From a virus, in IMG/VR virus record IMGVR_UViG_3300034093_000288, positions 5,454 to 69,453 of that record: a stretch of 64,000 nt of DNA. One strand, 5' to 3'. Under the pieces are notes generated by a model. It was not told the DNA's origin and made no database searches. It saw nothing but the letters and a program-made list of their open reading frames with translations. This document shows positions 7,414 through 16,645 of the stretch, piece by piece. Position 1 is the stretch's first letter. Every line of letters starts with the position of its first letter. Position numbers and translations under genes: made by a program.

Positions 7414-7794
7414 ATGAGAAAAACACAACTAACAGACGTCATTCACTACGAGAAGATGTCGCAGAAGCCTAACGCACTACTAATACAAACGCTACAGCAA
7501 ACCCTTGACGGGCTACGTGAGTTTGACTTCAAGGACTTTATTGGAACGGGTAGGTTTATACCTATCGACACACTACCTAACGAGTACAAGATATTTATCA
7601 GTAAGGACACAGCATCCATTGTTGTCTACGTTGGAAATTACTTCATTCCATGCGACGCAGACGGATACTTCTTTATCACCATAGATAACCGAAGTGAGGC
7701 TGATGAGCACCTTGAAGTATTCAAGAGTAAGAAACTAATTGACGTTGAACATAAGCTATGGGACACATACGCACATGAATCATTTAAGCGATGA
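7414..7794 (+). CDS. hypothetical protein
   Basis: ORF directly after P3. Confidence 0.75.
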   Translation: MRKTQLTDVIHYEKMSQKPNALLIQTLQQTLDGLREFDFKDFIGTGRFIPIDTLPNEYKIFISKDTASIVVYVGNYFIPCDADGYFFITIDNRSEADEHLEVFKSKKLIDVEHKLWDTYAHESFKR

Positions 7795-8093
7795 AGAAGA
7801 GCGTATTCACTCAGTATGTAGACATCGTATCAAGGATGTTTGCAATGACACCTGGGCAGATGTTCGAGAACACCAAGCGCCGTTCGGTAACCGAGGCGCG
7901 TCAGTTGTTCATCTTCCTATGCATCAGACGTCAAATCCCCATGTGTAACATTATGGATTGGTCGCTAGTATACGGACGTAAGTTCACGTACTCATCAATC
8001 ATCAATGCTGTTCGCTACATGGAGCGTAAGATGGCAGACGATAGGGACTACATCCAAATAATAAAGAACATCGAATCCAAAGTAATCAATTAA
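7791..8093 (+). CDS. DnaA domain IV (C-terminal HTH)-like protein
   Basis: TKRRSVTEARQLFIFLC...YSSII resembles the DnaA-C pattern R.R.IV.ARQIAMYL...HSTVI. Confidence 0.6.
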   Translation: MKKSVFTQYVDIVSRMFAMTPGQMFENTKRRSVTEARQLFIFLCIRRQIPMCNIMDWSLVYGRKFTYSSIINAVRYMERKMADDRDYIQIIKNIESKVIN

Positions 8094-8103
8094 ATCAATA
8101 CAT

Positions 8104-8715
8104 ATGAAAGAACAACAATCAGTTTTTAAGACACTCTCGTCAGTAGACATCAGAGAGAAAATCGAGACCAAGGGTAACGTCAAGTATTTGTCTTGGTCAT
8201 TCGCTTGGGAAATCCTCAAGGAGCACTACCCATCAGCAGAGAGAGTTGTGTATGAGAATCCATCTACGGGACTCAACTACTTTACGGATGGCAACACAGC
8301 CTACGTTAAGGTTGGTGTAAGGGTAGACGGTATTGAGAACATCGACTACCTACCAATCATGGACTTCCGCAATCAATCTATCCGCTTAGATAAGCTTACG
8401 TCAATGGACGTTAACAAGGCTATTCAGCGTTCGACTGCTAAGGCTATCGCCATGCATGGCTTAGGACTTCAGTTGTGGACGGGTGAGGATATGCCTGAGA
8501 TGACTACAGCTAAGCCTACGAAGCCCGCTAAAGCTACTGAGGAGGAGCCTAAGCTAACAACTCTCATCGTTAATAGTGATGACTACCACAAGGTACTTAA
8601 GTACGTTCAGGACAACGCATCGCTTGGCGAGGAGAAAATCTTCAAGCAGATTGAGCGTAAGTATGTGCTCACACCATTAGTAAAGAAAGTATTAATCAAA
8701 GAGATAACAAAGTAA
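8104..8715 (+). CDS. Sak/Rad52-like single-strand annealing protein (DUF1071-like)
   Basis: YLSWSFAW, LPIMDFRN, NKAIQRS.AKAIAMHGLGL; adjacent to an exonuclease. Confidence 0.8.
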   Translation: MKEQQSVFKTLSSVDIREKIETKGNVKYLSWSFAWEILKEHYPSAERVVYENPSTGLNYFTDGNTAYVKVGVRVDGIENIDYLPIMDFRNQSIRLDKLTSMDVNKAIQRSTAKAIAMHGLGLQLWTGEDMPEMTTAKPTKPAKATEEEPKLTTLIVNSDDYHKVLKYVQDNASLGEEKIFKQIERKYVLTPLVKKVLIKEITK

Positions 8716-8716
8716 C

Positions 8717-9451
8717 ATGAACAACGTAACAGAACTATTAAAGAATGACGCTGAGTATTACGGAGGGGTAGGAAAGAACTACCTCTCTAACTCCGACATT
8801 GGCGCGCTATTAACTAACCCAAAGACGTTCAAGCAAGACCGACCTGATAACAAGTCGTTTGCTGAGGGTCGCTACTTCCATCAGCTACTCATTGAGCCCG
8901 ACAAGGCACAGGTAGCGAACATGGTCGAGGCATCTACGCGTAACACCAAAATCTACAAGGACTACTGCGATGCCAACGAGTTGGACTTCTGCTTACTCAA
9001 GCACGAGGTTGATGAGGTTGAGTCATTAGCTAAGTTGATGCGCTCTAACATCTACTTCTACGACGAAATCTACAAAGACGGCAACGTGTATGAGCAGCCG
9101 GCCATCGGAGAGATTAAGGGATTGATGTGGAAGGGTAAGGCGGACATCATCACCGATGAGGTCATCATCGACCTGAAGACTACGTCCGACATTCAAAAGT
9201 TCAAGTGGTCAGCTAAGGCCTACAACTACGACAGCCAAGCTTACATCTACCAAAAGCTATTCGGTAAGCCGCTTATCTTCTTTGTAATTGACAAGACCAC
9301 TCAGCAGTTGGGTATCTTCCGTCCTACCGAGAACTTTATCCTAGGTGGTGAGCGCAAGGTCGAGAGAGCCATTGAGGTATACAACACGTACTTCGGTGAC
9401 AACGCAAGTGATGACATCGACAACTACTACATCGACGAGCAATTAGACTAA
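8717..9451 (+). CDS. RecE/ExoVIII-like PD-(D/E)XK exonuclease (DUF3799-like)
   Basis: LSNS, G..FH, KGKAD, IIDLKTT, Y..QAYIY. Confidence 0.85.
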   Translation: MNNVTELLKNDAEYYGGVGKNYLSNSDIGALLTNPKTFKQDRPDNKSFAEGRYFHQLLIEPDKAQVANMVEASTRNTKIYKDYCDANELDFCLLKHEVDEVESLAKLMRSNIYFYDEIYKDGNVYEQPAIGEIKGLMWKGKADIITDEVIIDLKTTSDIQKFKWSAKAYNYDSQAYIYQKLFGKPLIFFVIDKTTQQLGIFRPTENFILGGERKVERAIEVYNTYFGDNASDDIDNYYIDEQLD

Positions 9452-9833
9452 CCTTTAAATCAGAATAAGATGACAGCAGTAGAAAAAGCACAAGAGTTAT
9501 TTATGAGAAATTTTGAAATAACTGTTGATGATTATTGTGCCAAACAATGCGCTTTGATTGCAGTTGATATAGCAATCAAGTGCTGTAAAGATTACGATGA
9601 AGTACATGAAAACTATACCACTCAGGTAAATTATTGGCAAGAAGTAAAAAACGAACTAAATAAATTATAATAAAATGAAACAGACAGCAGTAGAATGGTT
9701 AGAGCAAGAGCTCTATAAGACAGGATGGGAGCAATTAACTCATGAGGAAAAAATGAATATTTGTTGCACTGCAAAAATGATGGAGAGAAAGCAGATAGAT
9801 ACTACAACGAAACCTTTAAATCAGAATAAGATG
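9450..9833 (+). repeat. 23-bp direct repeat AACCTTTAAATCAGAATAAGATG at 9450-9472 and 9811-9833
   Basis: Exact duplication flanking two AT-richer small genes; each copy ends in a start codon. Confidence 0.85.
9470..9670 (+). CDS. small hypothetical protein (AKQCALIAVD...YWQEVK type)
   Basis: ORF; pattern I recall from aquatic Bacteroidetes phages. Confidence 0.75.
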   Translation: MTAVEKAQELFMRNFEITVDDYCAKQCALIAVDIAIKCCKDYDEVHENYTTQVNYWQEVKNELNKL

Positions 9834-9947
9834 GAAAACAAAAGAGAACGTAGAGAAAGGTCAGGTGCGATAGGCACCATGATACTAATAGGAACAATAA
9901 TTTTGTTAACAATAATCAACTTTATTTATGAAATATCAACAAAATAG
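9675..9947 (+). CDS. MKQTAVEWL-type protein, apparently frameshift-fused to a downstream small membrane ORF (9831..9947)
   Basis: YYNETFKSE-stop lies out of frame at about 9800-9829; internal ATG at 9831. Confidence 0.55.
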   Translation: MKQTAVEWLEQELYKTGWEQLTHEEKMNICCTAKMMERKQIDTTTKPLNQNKMENKRERRERSGAIGTMILIGTIILLTIINFIYEISTK

Positions 9948-10038
9948 TTTGGTATATGGGTACATATTCTTAATTTTGATGGGTGCTATGACAGCACTAT
10001 GTATCCTAAATTCTTAGTAACTAATTAAATCAATAACA

Positions 10039-10341
10039 ATGGAACAAAAAGAAAGAACATTCGCAGACGGCTTTATCTTCAAGAGAAAAGAAAACGCACC
10101 CGAATTTGTAGTAGGTCGCTTATCAGTTAAGGTTGACGAGGCAATCGCATTCATGCGTGCAAACGCAAGTGATGGATGGGTAAATCTTGACATCAAGTAC
10201 GGACGTACCGGTAACGCATACGTCGAGTTGGATACGTTCAAGCCAAAAAACGCTGACGGTTTTCAAAAGCCTCAGGCTGCTAAGCCAAAGGCACAACCTC
10301 AAGTAGAAGAGGACGACGAGGACGGGGACCTACCCTTTTAA
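10039..10341 (+). CDS. probable single-stranded DNA-binding protein
   Basis: Small beta-rich protein with acidic tail EEDDEDGDLPF, in the recombination/replication block. Confidence 0.7.
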   Translation: MEQKERTFADGFIFKRKENAPEFVVGRLSVKVDEAIAFMRANASDGWVNLDIKYGRTGNAYVELDTFKPKNADGFQKPQAAKPKAQPQVEEDDEDGDLPF

Positions 10342-10361
10342 TCGTTGATAGTGAGAGAGTT

Positions 10362-10388
10362 AAGGGGAGTTTTCCGCTCCCCTTTTTT
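10362..10388 (+). terminator. rho-independent terminator
   Basis: AAGGGGAG-ttttccg-CTCCCCTT followed by a T run. Confidence 0.8.
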
Positions 10389-10399
10389 GACCCCTAAAG

Positions 10400-10570
10400 T
10401 CTGTCGGAATGTTAAAATCTTCTCTCTCTATACTCTCTATATATATTTTACTATTCTTTCTTTTTTTATTTATTCTATTTTAGATTTAAAATCGACAGAA
10501 TCGACAGTAAATTGAATATCAGATAGTTAGCCGACAGTAAAACGACACTAATGAAATAAAATCGACATAA
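10400..10570. other. putative replication origin locus 2
   Basis: CTGTCG, TATATA/T-rich tract, five CGACA iterons, IHF-like TATCAGATAGTTA at 10517-10529; directly upstream of primase-helicase. Confidence 0.65.
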
Positions 10571-10571
10571 C

Positions 10572-13004
10572 ATGACATTACAAGTAACAATCTTCCAAAA
10601 CATCAAGGAAACAGCTGCCCCATTCTTTAAGGAGGTTGACGTTATCCTTGAGCGTATCAAGGAGGGTAAGTCTAAGGATTTGGTTAAGCGCATACGTGCT
10701 GAGAAGCGCAAGCCTGAGCGTAATGAACTAAAGAAGGGTCTACCCGCAATATGCTTTAGCGGTACGTTCAATAAGCGTGCTGACTCATCGCTCATTCAGC
10801 ACAGCGGATTGATATGCCTAGACTTCGATGGATACGAAAAGCAGAAATCATTACTTCAGGATAAGGAGAACCTATCAAAGAACAAGTACGTGTACTCGGT
10901 CTTTATCTCTCCATCTGGCAACGGCCTCAAGGTATTGGTTAAGATACCCGCTGACCCCGAGAACCACACAAACTACTTCAACAGCTTAGAGAAGTACTTC
11001 AACAGCCCGTACTTCGATAAGACGTCTAAGAACATCAGCCGCGTGTGCTACGAGTCATACGACCCGCAGATACACGTTAACCCTAACTCAAGTATTTGGG
11101 ATATCATCGAGGAGCCTGAGTACACCGAGATGAGTAAGTTTAGAGATGCGCCGACCATTCCAATCACCGATGAGAACAAGATAGTTGACATCCTCATTAA
11201 GTGGTGGACTAAAAAGTACCCGATGGTTGAGGGTCAACGAAACCACAACGCGTACATCTTGGCGCGTTCGCTAAATGACTTTGGCATCAACAAGAGCCTA
11301 GCTACCTACGTGCTTGGTCAATTCCAAACCCAAGACTTTACGCTTACCGAGATAGCAAGAACGATTGATTCGGCTTACGCCAACACTTCTGACTTCGGTA
11401 CTAAGTACTACGAGGACGAGGAGTACATCAATCAGCTACGTGCAAAGCTTCGTCGCGGTGTACCAAAAAAGGATGTGCGCTCTCAAATGCAAGATTCCAA
11501 TTTGAGCAGCGAGGTAATCGATTCGGTACTCAACAAGGTTGAGGAGGAAAACGCTAAGCAGACGTTTTGGACCAAGAACGATAAGGGAGTCGTAAAGATT
11601 GTACACATTCAGTTCAAGCAGTTTCTAGAGGATAACGGATTCTACAAGTACTGCCCCGAGGGTGGTAAGAACTACGTGTTCGTCAAGGTGACCAATAACC
11701 TCATCGACCACACATCAGAGAAGGAGTTAAAGGACTTCGTGTTAAACCATCTACTTGAGTTAGATGACATCATGGTGTACAACTACTTCGCTGACAACAC
11801 TCGCTTCTTTAAGGAGGAGTTCCTATCGCTGTTGTCTACCATCGACATCTACTTCATTGCAGATACCAAGGACACAGCGTACCTTTACTATCGCAATTGT
11901 GCGGTAAAGATTACAAAGAGAGAGGTCATACCAATTGACTACTTGGACTTAGGTGGATACGTTTGGAAGGACCACGTGATTGATAGAAACTTTACCATAT
12001 GCCCCGTAACAGAGGCCTGTGACTATAGGTACTTCATCAGAAACATATGTGGCCACGACGACTACCGAGTCGCTTCCATGGAGTCTACCATTGGCTTCTT
12101 GATGCATGGGTACAAGAACCTATCGTTCTGCCCAGCTGTGATTCTAAATGATGAGGTCATCAGCGACAACCCTGAGGGTGGTACGGGTAAGGGATTGTTC
12201 ATGAACGCGCTAAGCCAAATGAAGAAGGTCGTCACCATTGACGGTAAGTCTTTTACGTTTGAGCGTAGCTTCGCCTATCAGTTGGTGTCAGCAGATACGC
12301 AGATACTTGTGTTCGATGACGTCAAGAAATACTTCGACTTCGAGCGTTTGTTCAGCGTTGTTACTGAGGGATTGACCCTTGAGAAGAAGAACAAGGACGC
12401 TATCAAGATACCATTCAGTAAGTCTCCAAAGATTGCCATTACCACCAACTACGCTATCAGGGGTGCGGGTAACTCATTTGCTCGCCGTAAGTGGGAGCTA
12501 GAGTTACATCAGTACTATCGCAAATCATTTACCCCGCTCGATGAGTTTGGTAAGTTGATGTTCGGTGACTGGAACGATGTTGATTGGTGTGAGTTTGACA
12601 ACTACATGATTGGGTGCCTACAGGGATTCTTAAACACAGGTCTTGTTAAGTCTAAGTTTGTCAACCTTAAGATTCGTCAGCTATCAGCTGAGACGTGCCA
12701 CGACTTTATCGAGTGGTGTGGATTGGTTGAGAACATGGGCGATGAGCAGAGACTATACCCTGAGATTCGATACTACAAGAACGACCTATACTTCGACTTC
12801 ATTAATGAGTACCCGGACTACGGACCTAAGGCTAAGATGACCATCAGTAGAACGCGATTCTACAAGTGGCTTACGTCATACGCACTATTTAAGGAGGGTA
12901 TTGAGCCTACCGAGGGTAGAGATGACAAGGGCCGTTGGATTATCATTAACAAGAAGAAGCAAGAGCCCGAGGCTGAATACGAGGAACCTGAGTTATTTGA
13001 TTAG
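10572..13004 (+). CDS. primase-helicase (BT4734/VirE-N-like N-terminal domain, PriCT-like region, C-terminal P-loop ATPase)
   Basis: K..LP.I.FSG.F, SGLICLDFD, FISPSGNGLK, SR.CYES.DP; GQRN; Walker A GGTGKG, Walker B LVFDD, ITTN. Confidence 0.85.
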   Translation: MTLQVTIFQNIKETAAPFFKEVDVILERIKEGKSKDLVKRIRAEKRKPERNELKKGLPAICFSGTFNKRADSSLIQHSGLICLDFDGYEKQKSLLQDKENLSKNKYVYSVFISPSGNGLKVLVKIPADPENHTNYFNSLEKYFNSPYFDKTSKNISRVCYESYDPQIHVNPNSSIWDIIEEPEYTEMSKFRDAPTIPITDENKIVDILIKWWTKKYPMVEGQRNHNAYILARSLNDFGINKSLATYVLGQFQTQDFTLTEIARTIDSAYANTSDFGTKYYEDEEYINQLRAKLRRGVPKKDVRSQMQDSNLSSEVIDSVLNKVEEENAKQTFWTKNDKGVVKIVHIQFKQFLEDNGFYKYCPEGGKNYVFVKVTNNLIDHTSEKELKDFVLNHLLELDDIMVYNYFADNTRFFKEEFLSLLSTIDIYFIADTKDTAYLYYRNCAVKITKREVIPIDYLDLGGYVWKDHVIDRNFTICPVTEACDYRYFIRNICGHDDYRVASMESTIGFLMHGYKNLSFCPAVILNDEVISDNPEGGTGKGLFMNALSQMKKVVTIDGKSFTFERSFAYQLVSADTQILVFDDVKKYFDFERLFSVVTEGLTLEKKNKDAIKIPFSKSPKIAITTNYAIRGAGNSFARRKWELELHQYYRKSFTPLDEFGKLMFGDWNDVDWCEFDNYMIGCLQGFLNTGLVKSKFVNLKIRQLSAETCHDFIEWCGLVENMGDEQRLYPEIRYYKNDLYFDFINEYPDYGPKAKMTISRTRFYKWLTSYALFKEGIEPTEGRDDKGRWIIINKKKQEPEAEYEEPELFD

Positions 13005-13005
13005 T

Positions 13006-13194
13006 ATGATTAGGTTTATCAAGTTTACCACCGTTTGGATTAGTCAGAACTTGGCTATACCATTTTGGACGATTGGACACGTGCACCTTATGACGTCTGT
13101 ATACGATGACATTCATGAGGTGCTGATGTCATTGGGCATGAACATCATAGTATTCGTAGGATTTATTATAAACTTTATTGAGGACAAAAAATGA
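13006..13194 (+). CDS. small membrane protein
   Basis: Start moved to ATG 13006; hydrophobic segments. Confidence 0.6.
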   Translation: MIRFIKFTTVWISQNLAIPFWTIGHVHLMTSVYDDIHEVLMSLGMNIIVFVGFIINFIEDKK

Positions 13195-13532
13195 AAACAA
13201 AACAATTGATTCACCTAGCTATGATTAACTCATACAACGTGATTACGGGTAAGATAGATGAGCACATGGTAATGGAGACATCTATTCCTATGTTCGCTCA
13301 CGTACCTAATGAGGAGATAACTGAAAATAATTTCTCATCGATAATTAAGTACTTCGAGAACTTAGAGATGTATGAGGAGTGCGATCAACTCAAGAAGGAG
13401 TACGACCTACGCTTTGATTCTATGAAGAGAGCAAAGGATAGGATATGTGATTGCGAGTACCCAACGGTGCTCAGGTATAATTGGGAACAAACACGATGCG
13501 GGATATGCAAGAACTTATTGGAGAGGGTGTAG
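13191..13532 (+). CDS. hypothetical protein with C-terminal Cys cluster
   Basis: YFE..E.YEEC..L motif, CxC...CxxC. Confidence 0.7.
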   Translation: MKTKQLIHLAMINSYNVITGKIDEHMVMETSIPMFAHVPNEEITENNFSSIIKYFENLEMYEECDQLKKEYDLRFDSMKRAKDRICDCEYPTVLRYNWEQTRCGICKNLLERV

Positions 13533-14956
13533 TAGTCGAGAGGATACCCGGCTACTCAGACCAAATGATGTACGACAGATGCGAGAGAATGTATGCTGTC
13601 TGCAGCAAGGAGAAGGAGGTAGTTGTTGGCAGAGGTAAGGCGGCAGTAAGAAAGAAAGTGCTGCATTACCGAAACATCGAGCCCATCCTTGAGGCACTAG
13701 AAAGGAGTATGGAATTTTACAAGGACAAAATGAAATTTGAATTTAGAGATTACCAAGTAGAGATAATGAAAAAGGCAGAATCGATTTTAAGCGCTTCTCG
13801 CTTCGTTTATTTAGCAATGGAGGTAAGGACAGGCAAAACACTCACAAGTCTCGGCATATGCGAGCTATTGAAGCCTGTGAGGGTTCTATTCGTAACTAAG
13901 AAGAAGGCAATAACAACAATCCAAAGAGATTATGATTTGTTAAACCCTAACTACGCACTAGACGTTATCAATTACGAGAGCCTTCACACCATAGAGAGAT
14001 ATGGTTACGACGTCATTATATTAGACGAGGCACATGGAATGGGAGCCTTTCCTAAACCAAGTAACCGAGCTAAGATTGTAGCCGAGTTTATTGCCGCCAA
14101 TAGACCATACGTCATCTTACTTTCAGGTACACCAACACCCGAGTCGTACTCGCAGATGTACCATCAGGTGTACTCAATTCCAAAGAACCCATTCAACAAG
14201 TACGCGAACTTCTACAAGTTTGCAGGTGACCACGTTGATGTAAAGGAGAGAACAATCAACAGCCTACGCATCCGCGACTACTCGCATGGTAAGGACTCCA
14301 TCTTAGAAGCCATGTCGCCGTACATGATTAGCTACACGCAGAAGGCAGCAGGCTTTGAGTCATCGGTTGAGGAAGAGGTACTGTATGTGGAGATGGAAGC
14401 AAAGACATACGACCTCATCAAGAGACTTAAGAAGGACTTGGTCATCGAGGGGAAGAGCGAGCTCATCCTTGGAGACACACCCGTCAAGCTTATGCAGAAG
14501 ATACATCAGTTGTGTAGCGGAACGATTAAGTTCGAGAGCGGAAGCAGTATGATAGTGGACCTATCTAAGGCTAAGTTTATCAAGGAGAAGTTTTCCGGTA
14601 AAAAAATTGGAATCTTCTACAAGTTCAAGGAGGAACTCAATGCGCTCAAGGAGGTGTTCGGTGATGAGCTGACCACGGAGCTGAGTGTCTTTGAAGACAC
14701 CGACAAGAACATAGCCTTGCAGATTGTATCAGGACGTGAGGGAATCAGCCTACGCCACGCAGACTACTTGGTCTACTACAACATAGACTTTAGCGCCACT
14801 AGCTATTGGCAGTCTCGTGATAGGATGACCACTAAGGATAGAGCCTTCAATAAAATATATTGGGTGTTTGCCAAGGGTGGTATCGAGAAGGAGATATATA
14901 AGGCGGTAAGTAACAAAAAAGATTTTACAGTTAGTCACTTTAAGAAGTTGTTATGA
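13481..14956 (+). CDS. SF2 (SNF2-like) helicase
   Basis: RDYQ, RTGKT, ILDEAH, LSGTP, GREGISL, QSRDR; true start may be 13506 or 13730. Confidence 0.88.
   Translation: MGTNTMRDMQELIGEGVVVERIPGYSDQMMYDRCERMYAVCSKEKEVVVGRGKAAVRKKVLHYRNIEPILEALERSMEFYKDKMKFEFRDYQVEIMKKAESILSASRFVYLAMEVRTGKTLTSLGICELLKPVRVLFVTKKKAITTIQRDYDLLNPNYALDVINYESLHTIERYGYDVIILDEAHGMGAFPKPSNRAKIVAEFIAANRPYVILLSGTPTPESYSQMYHQVYSIPKNPFNKYANFYKFAGDHVDVKERTINSLRIRDYSHGKDSILEAMSPYMISYTQKAAGFESSVEEEVLYVEMEAKTYDLIKRLKKDLVIEGKSELILGDTPVKLMQKIHQLCSGTIKFESGSSMIVDLSKAKFIKEKFSGKKIGIFYKFKEELNALKEVFGDELTTELSVFEDTDKNIALQIVSGREGISLRHADYLVYYNIDFSATSYWQSRDRMTTKDRAFNKIYWVFAKGGIEKEIYKAVSNKKDFTVSHFKKLL
14685..14700 (+). repeat. 16-bp near-palindrome copy 6 (inside helicase)
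   Basis: Exact copy, reads VFEDT. Confidence 0.95.
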
Positions 14957-15201
14957 CCGAGCAGCAGATACAGGCCAAGAAGATTAAGGAGCTTGAGGAG
15001 AACGGGTACTACGTCATCAAGTTGGTAAAGACCAATAAGAACGGAATACCAGACCTCATCGCTATACCTAAGGACTCTGACGTGCTGTTCGTAGAGGTTA
15101 AGACTGACGTCGGAAGACTCAGCAAGCTGCAAGAGTACAGGATAAAAGAATTAAGTAATCACGGAATTAAAACAGAAATACAAAAGGGATGGAAAAAGTA
15201 G
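14953..15201 (+). CDS. VRR-NUC domain nuclease
   Basis: E..IQ, GIPDL, FVEVK, GRLSKLQ. Confidence 0.88.
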   Translation: MTEQQIQAKKIKELEENGYYVIKLVKTNKNGIPDLIAIPKDSDVLFVEVKTDVGRLSKLQEYRIKELSNHGIKTEIQKGWKK

Positions 15202-15716
15202 AGACAACATTTGAAATTACAAAGACAGTAGAGTTTGTTAATGACTTCTTTGGAGTTGACATATCATCTAGGTCTCGCAAGAGAGAGATTGTAGAAGCAC
15301 GAATGATGTACGCTAAGCTAATGAAGCGCTACACCAAGCACTCACTAAGCGCGATTGGTGCGCCAATTGGCAGAGACCACTCTATGATTATTCATTACAC
15401 CAAGAACTTTGCTTGGCTTAAGAAGAGCGAACCTGAGTTCGCGCGTAAGTTCGATACGCTTAACGATATGTACGAAGAGTTTAGAGCGGTGTGGTTTAGC
15501 GAGGAAAGGTTTGATGATAAGAGTAAAATTGTATTCTTACAAAATGCATTGAATGCTGAACAGGAAAAGGTAGAGAGATACGAGAAGTACTTAAGTAAAA
15601 TCCAGCGCCTTGACTCAATCATCCAACTCATAGAGCAGAGGACGCCTAAGGGTGAGGAGGATTACGCAGAACAAAAAATAAATAGAATGTTTAACTCAAT
15701 AATTTTTAACACATGA
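15189..15716 (+). CDS. DnaA domain IV-like HTH protein with coiled-coil tail
   Basis: SRKREIVEARMMY...SLSAIG..IGRDHSMIIH. Confidence 0.75.
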   Translation: MEKVETTFEITKTVEFVNDFFGVDISSRSRKREIVEARMMYAKLMKRYTKHSLSAIGAPIGRDHSMIIHYTKNFAWLKKSEPEFARKFDTLNDMYEEFRAVWFSEERFDDKSKIVFLQNALNAEQEKVERYEKYLSKIQRLDSIIQLIEQRTPKGEEDYAEQKINRMFNSIIFNT

Positions 15717-16075
15717 CAAGTAATAAAGCAACCGAGATTATTTATGAGCTAAAGAAGAACTCTCAGGTACCCATCATAGACCAAGTGATTTGGAGAGAGT
15801 ACTCTGATGATGGTAATCATAAGGAGTGGACGTACCAACAGCTTGTTGAGCTATCCGAGTTTAGGGATAAGCACGTAGATGAGGTAGTTGATATGTACCG
15901 TGAGCGCTCAGCAGCAGGCTTTAAAAAGTATGGAACTACGCTCGAAAGAAATGACCTGACGATAGACCAATGGTTAAATCACTTAATGGAGGAGCTCATG
16001 GATGCAACGCTCTACATCTCAAAAATTAGGGAGGAGTTAAATAAAATTCCTAACTTTGGGCATGAGTCAAAGTAA
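15713..16075 (+). CDS. conserved phage protein, possibly all-alpha NTP pyrophosphohydrolase-like
   Basis: RS..G.KKYGTTLER.DL...W..HL.EELMDA.LY. Confidence 0.6.
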   Translation: MTSNKATEIIYELKKNSQVPIIDQVIWREYSDDGNHKEWTYQQLVELSEFRDKHVDEVVDMYRERSAAGFKKYGTTLERNDLTIDQWLNHLMEELMDATLYISKIREELNKIPNFGHESK

Positions 16076-16253
16076 TTTAGACCACCAAAGAGCTCAGCGC
16101 ATACTGTTCACAGCGAACATATGTCACGAGTCTTTGGACAATATCTACGAATCCTTAGTAGATAGGGACTTTGATTTTGCAGCGGAGGAAATCCGCAACG
16201 TGATAGTTGAACTAAGACTAATCCTAAAATCTATTCCTGACGATGACTTTTGA
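16062..16253 (+). CDS. hypothetical protein, possibly leaderless
   Basis: TAACTTTG at 16051-16058, 3 nt before the ATG. Confidence 0.6.
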   Translation: MSQSNLDHQRAQRILFTANICHESLDNIYESLVDRDFDFAAEEIRNVIVELRLILKSIPDDDF

Positions 16254-16641
16254 GAGCGAAGAGAATCTGCGCAGAGAAACAAAGGCCATTCAAACATTCG
16301 TGAAACTTTTTGACGGTAGGTTTGAAAAGCTATCTCCAAATGACATCGACTACAAGGTGTTCGATAAGAGCAATAAGCTCATAGCGTATGTGGAAGTAGT
16401 GGGTAGGTTTAAGACCCTAAGGGATGCCTACCCTCTTCCAATAAGCGCAAAAAAATTAATCAAGCTGTCGGATAAAATACTCAACCCCGTGATTATATGG
16501 TCTTGTGAAGACGGAATAATCTACGGAAAAATTAAAGACCTTACAGGTGAACTAAAGTACGGCTCCCACCCATTACCTGAGCAGGAGCTATATTGTTTCT
16601 TTGATAGGAAGAAGAACTTCAAGTACGTTCGCTATACCTAG
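16243..16641 (+). CDS. hypothetical protein, possible degenerate PD-(D/E)XK fold
   Basis: IDY...IAYVEV pattern; last + strand gene, converges with the late operon. Confidence 0.6.
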   Translation: MTFESEENLRRETKAIQTFVKLFDGRFEKLSPNDIDYKVFDKSNKLIAYVEVVGRFKTLRDAYPLPISAKKLIKLSDKILNPVIIWSCEDGIIYGKIKDLTGELKYGSHPLPEQELYCFFDRKKNFKYVRYT

Positions 16642-16645
16642 TTAC

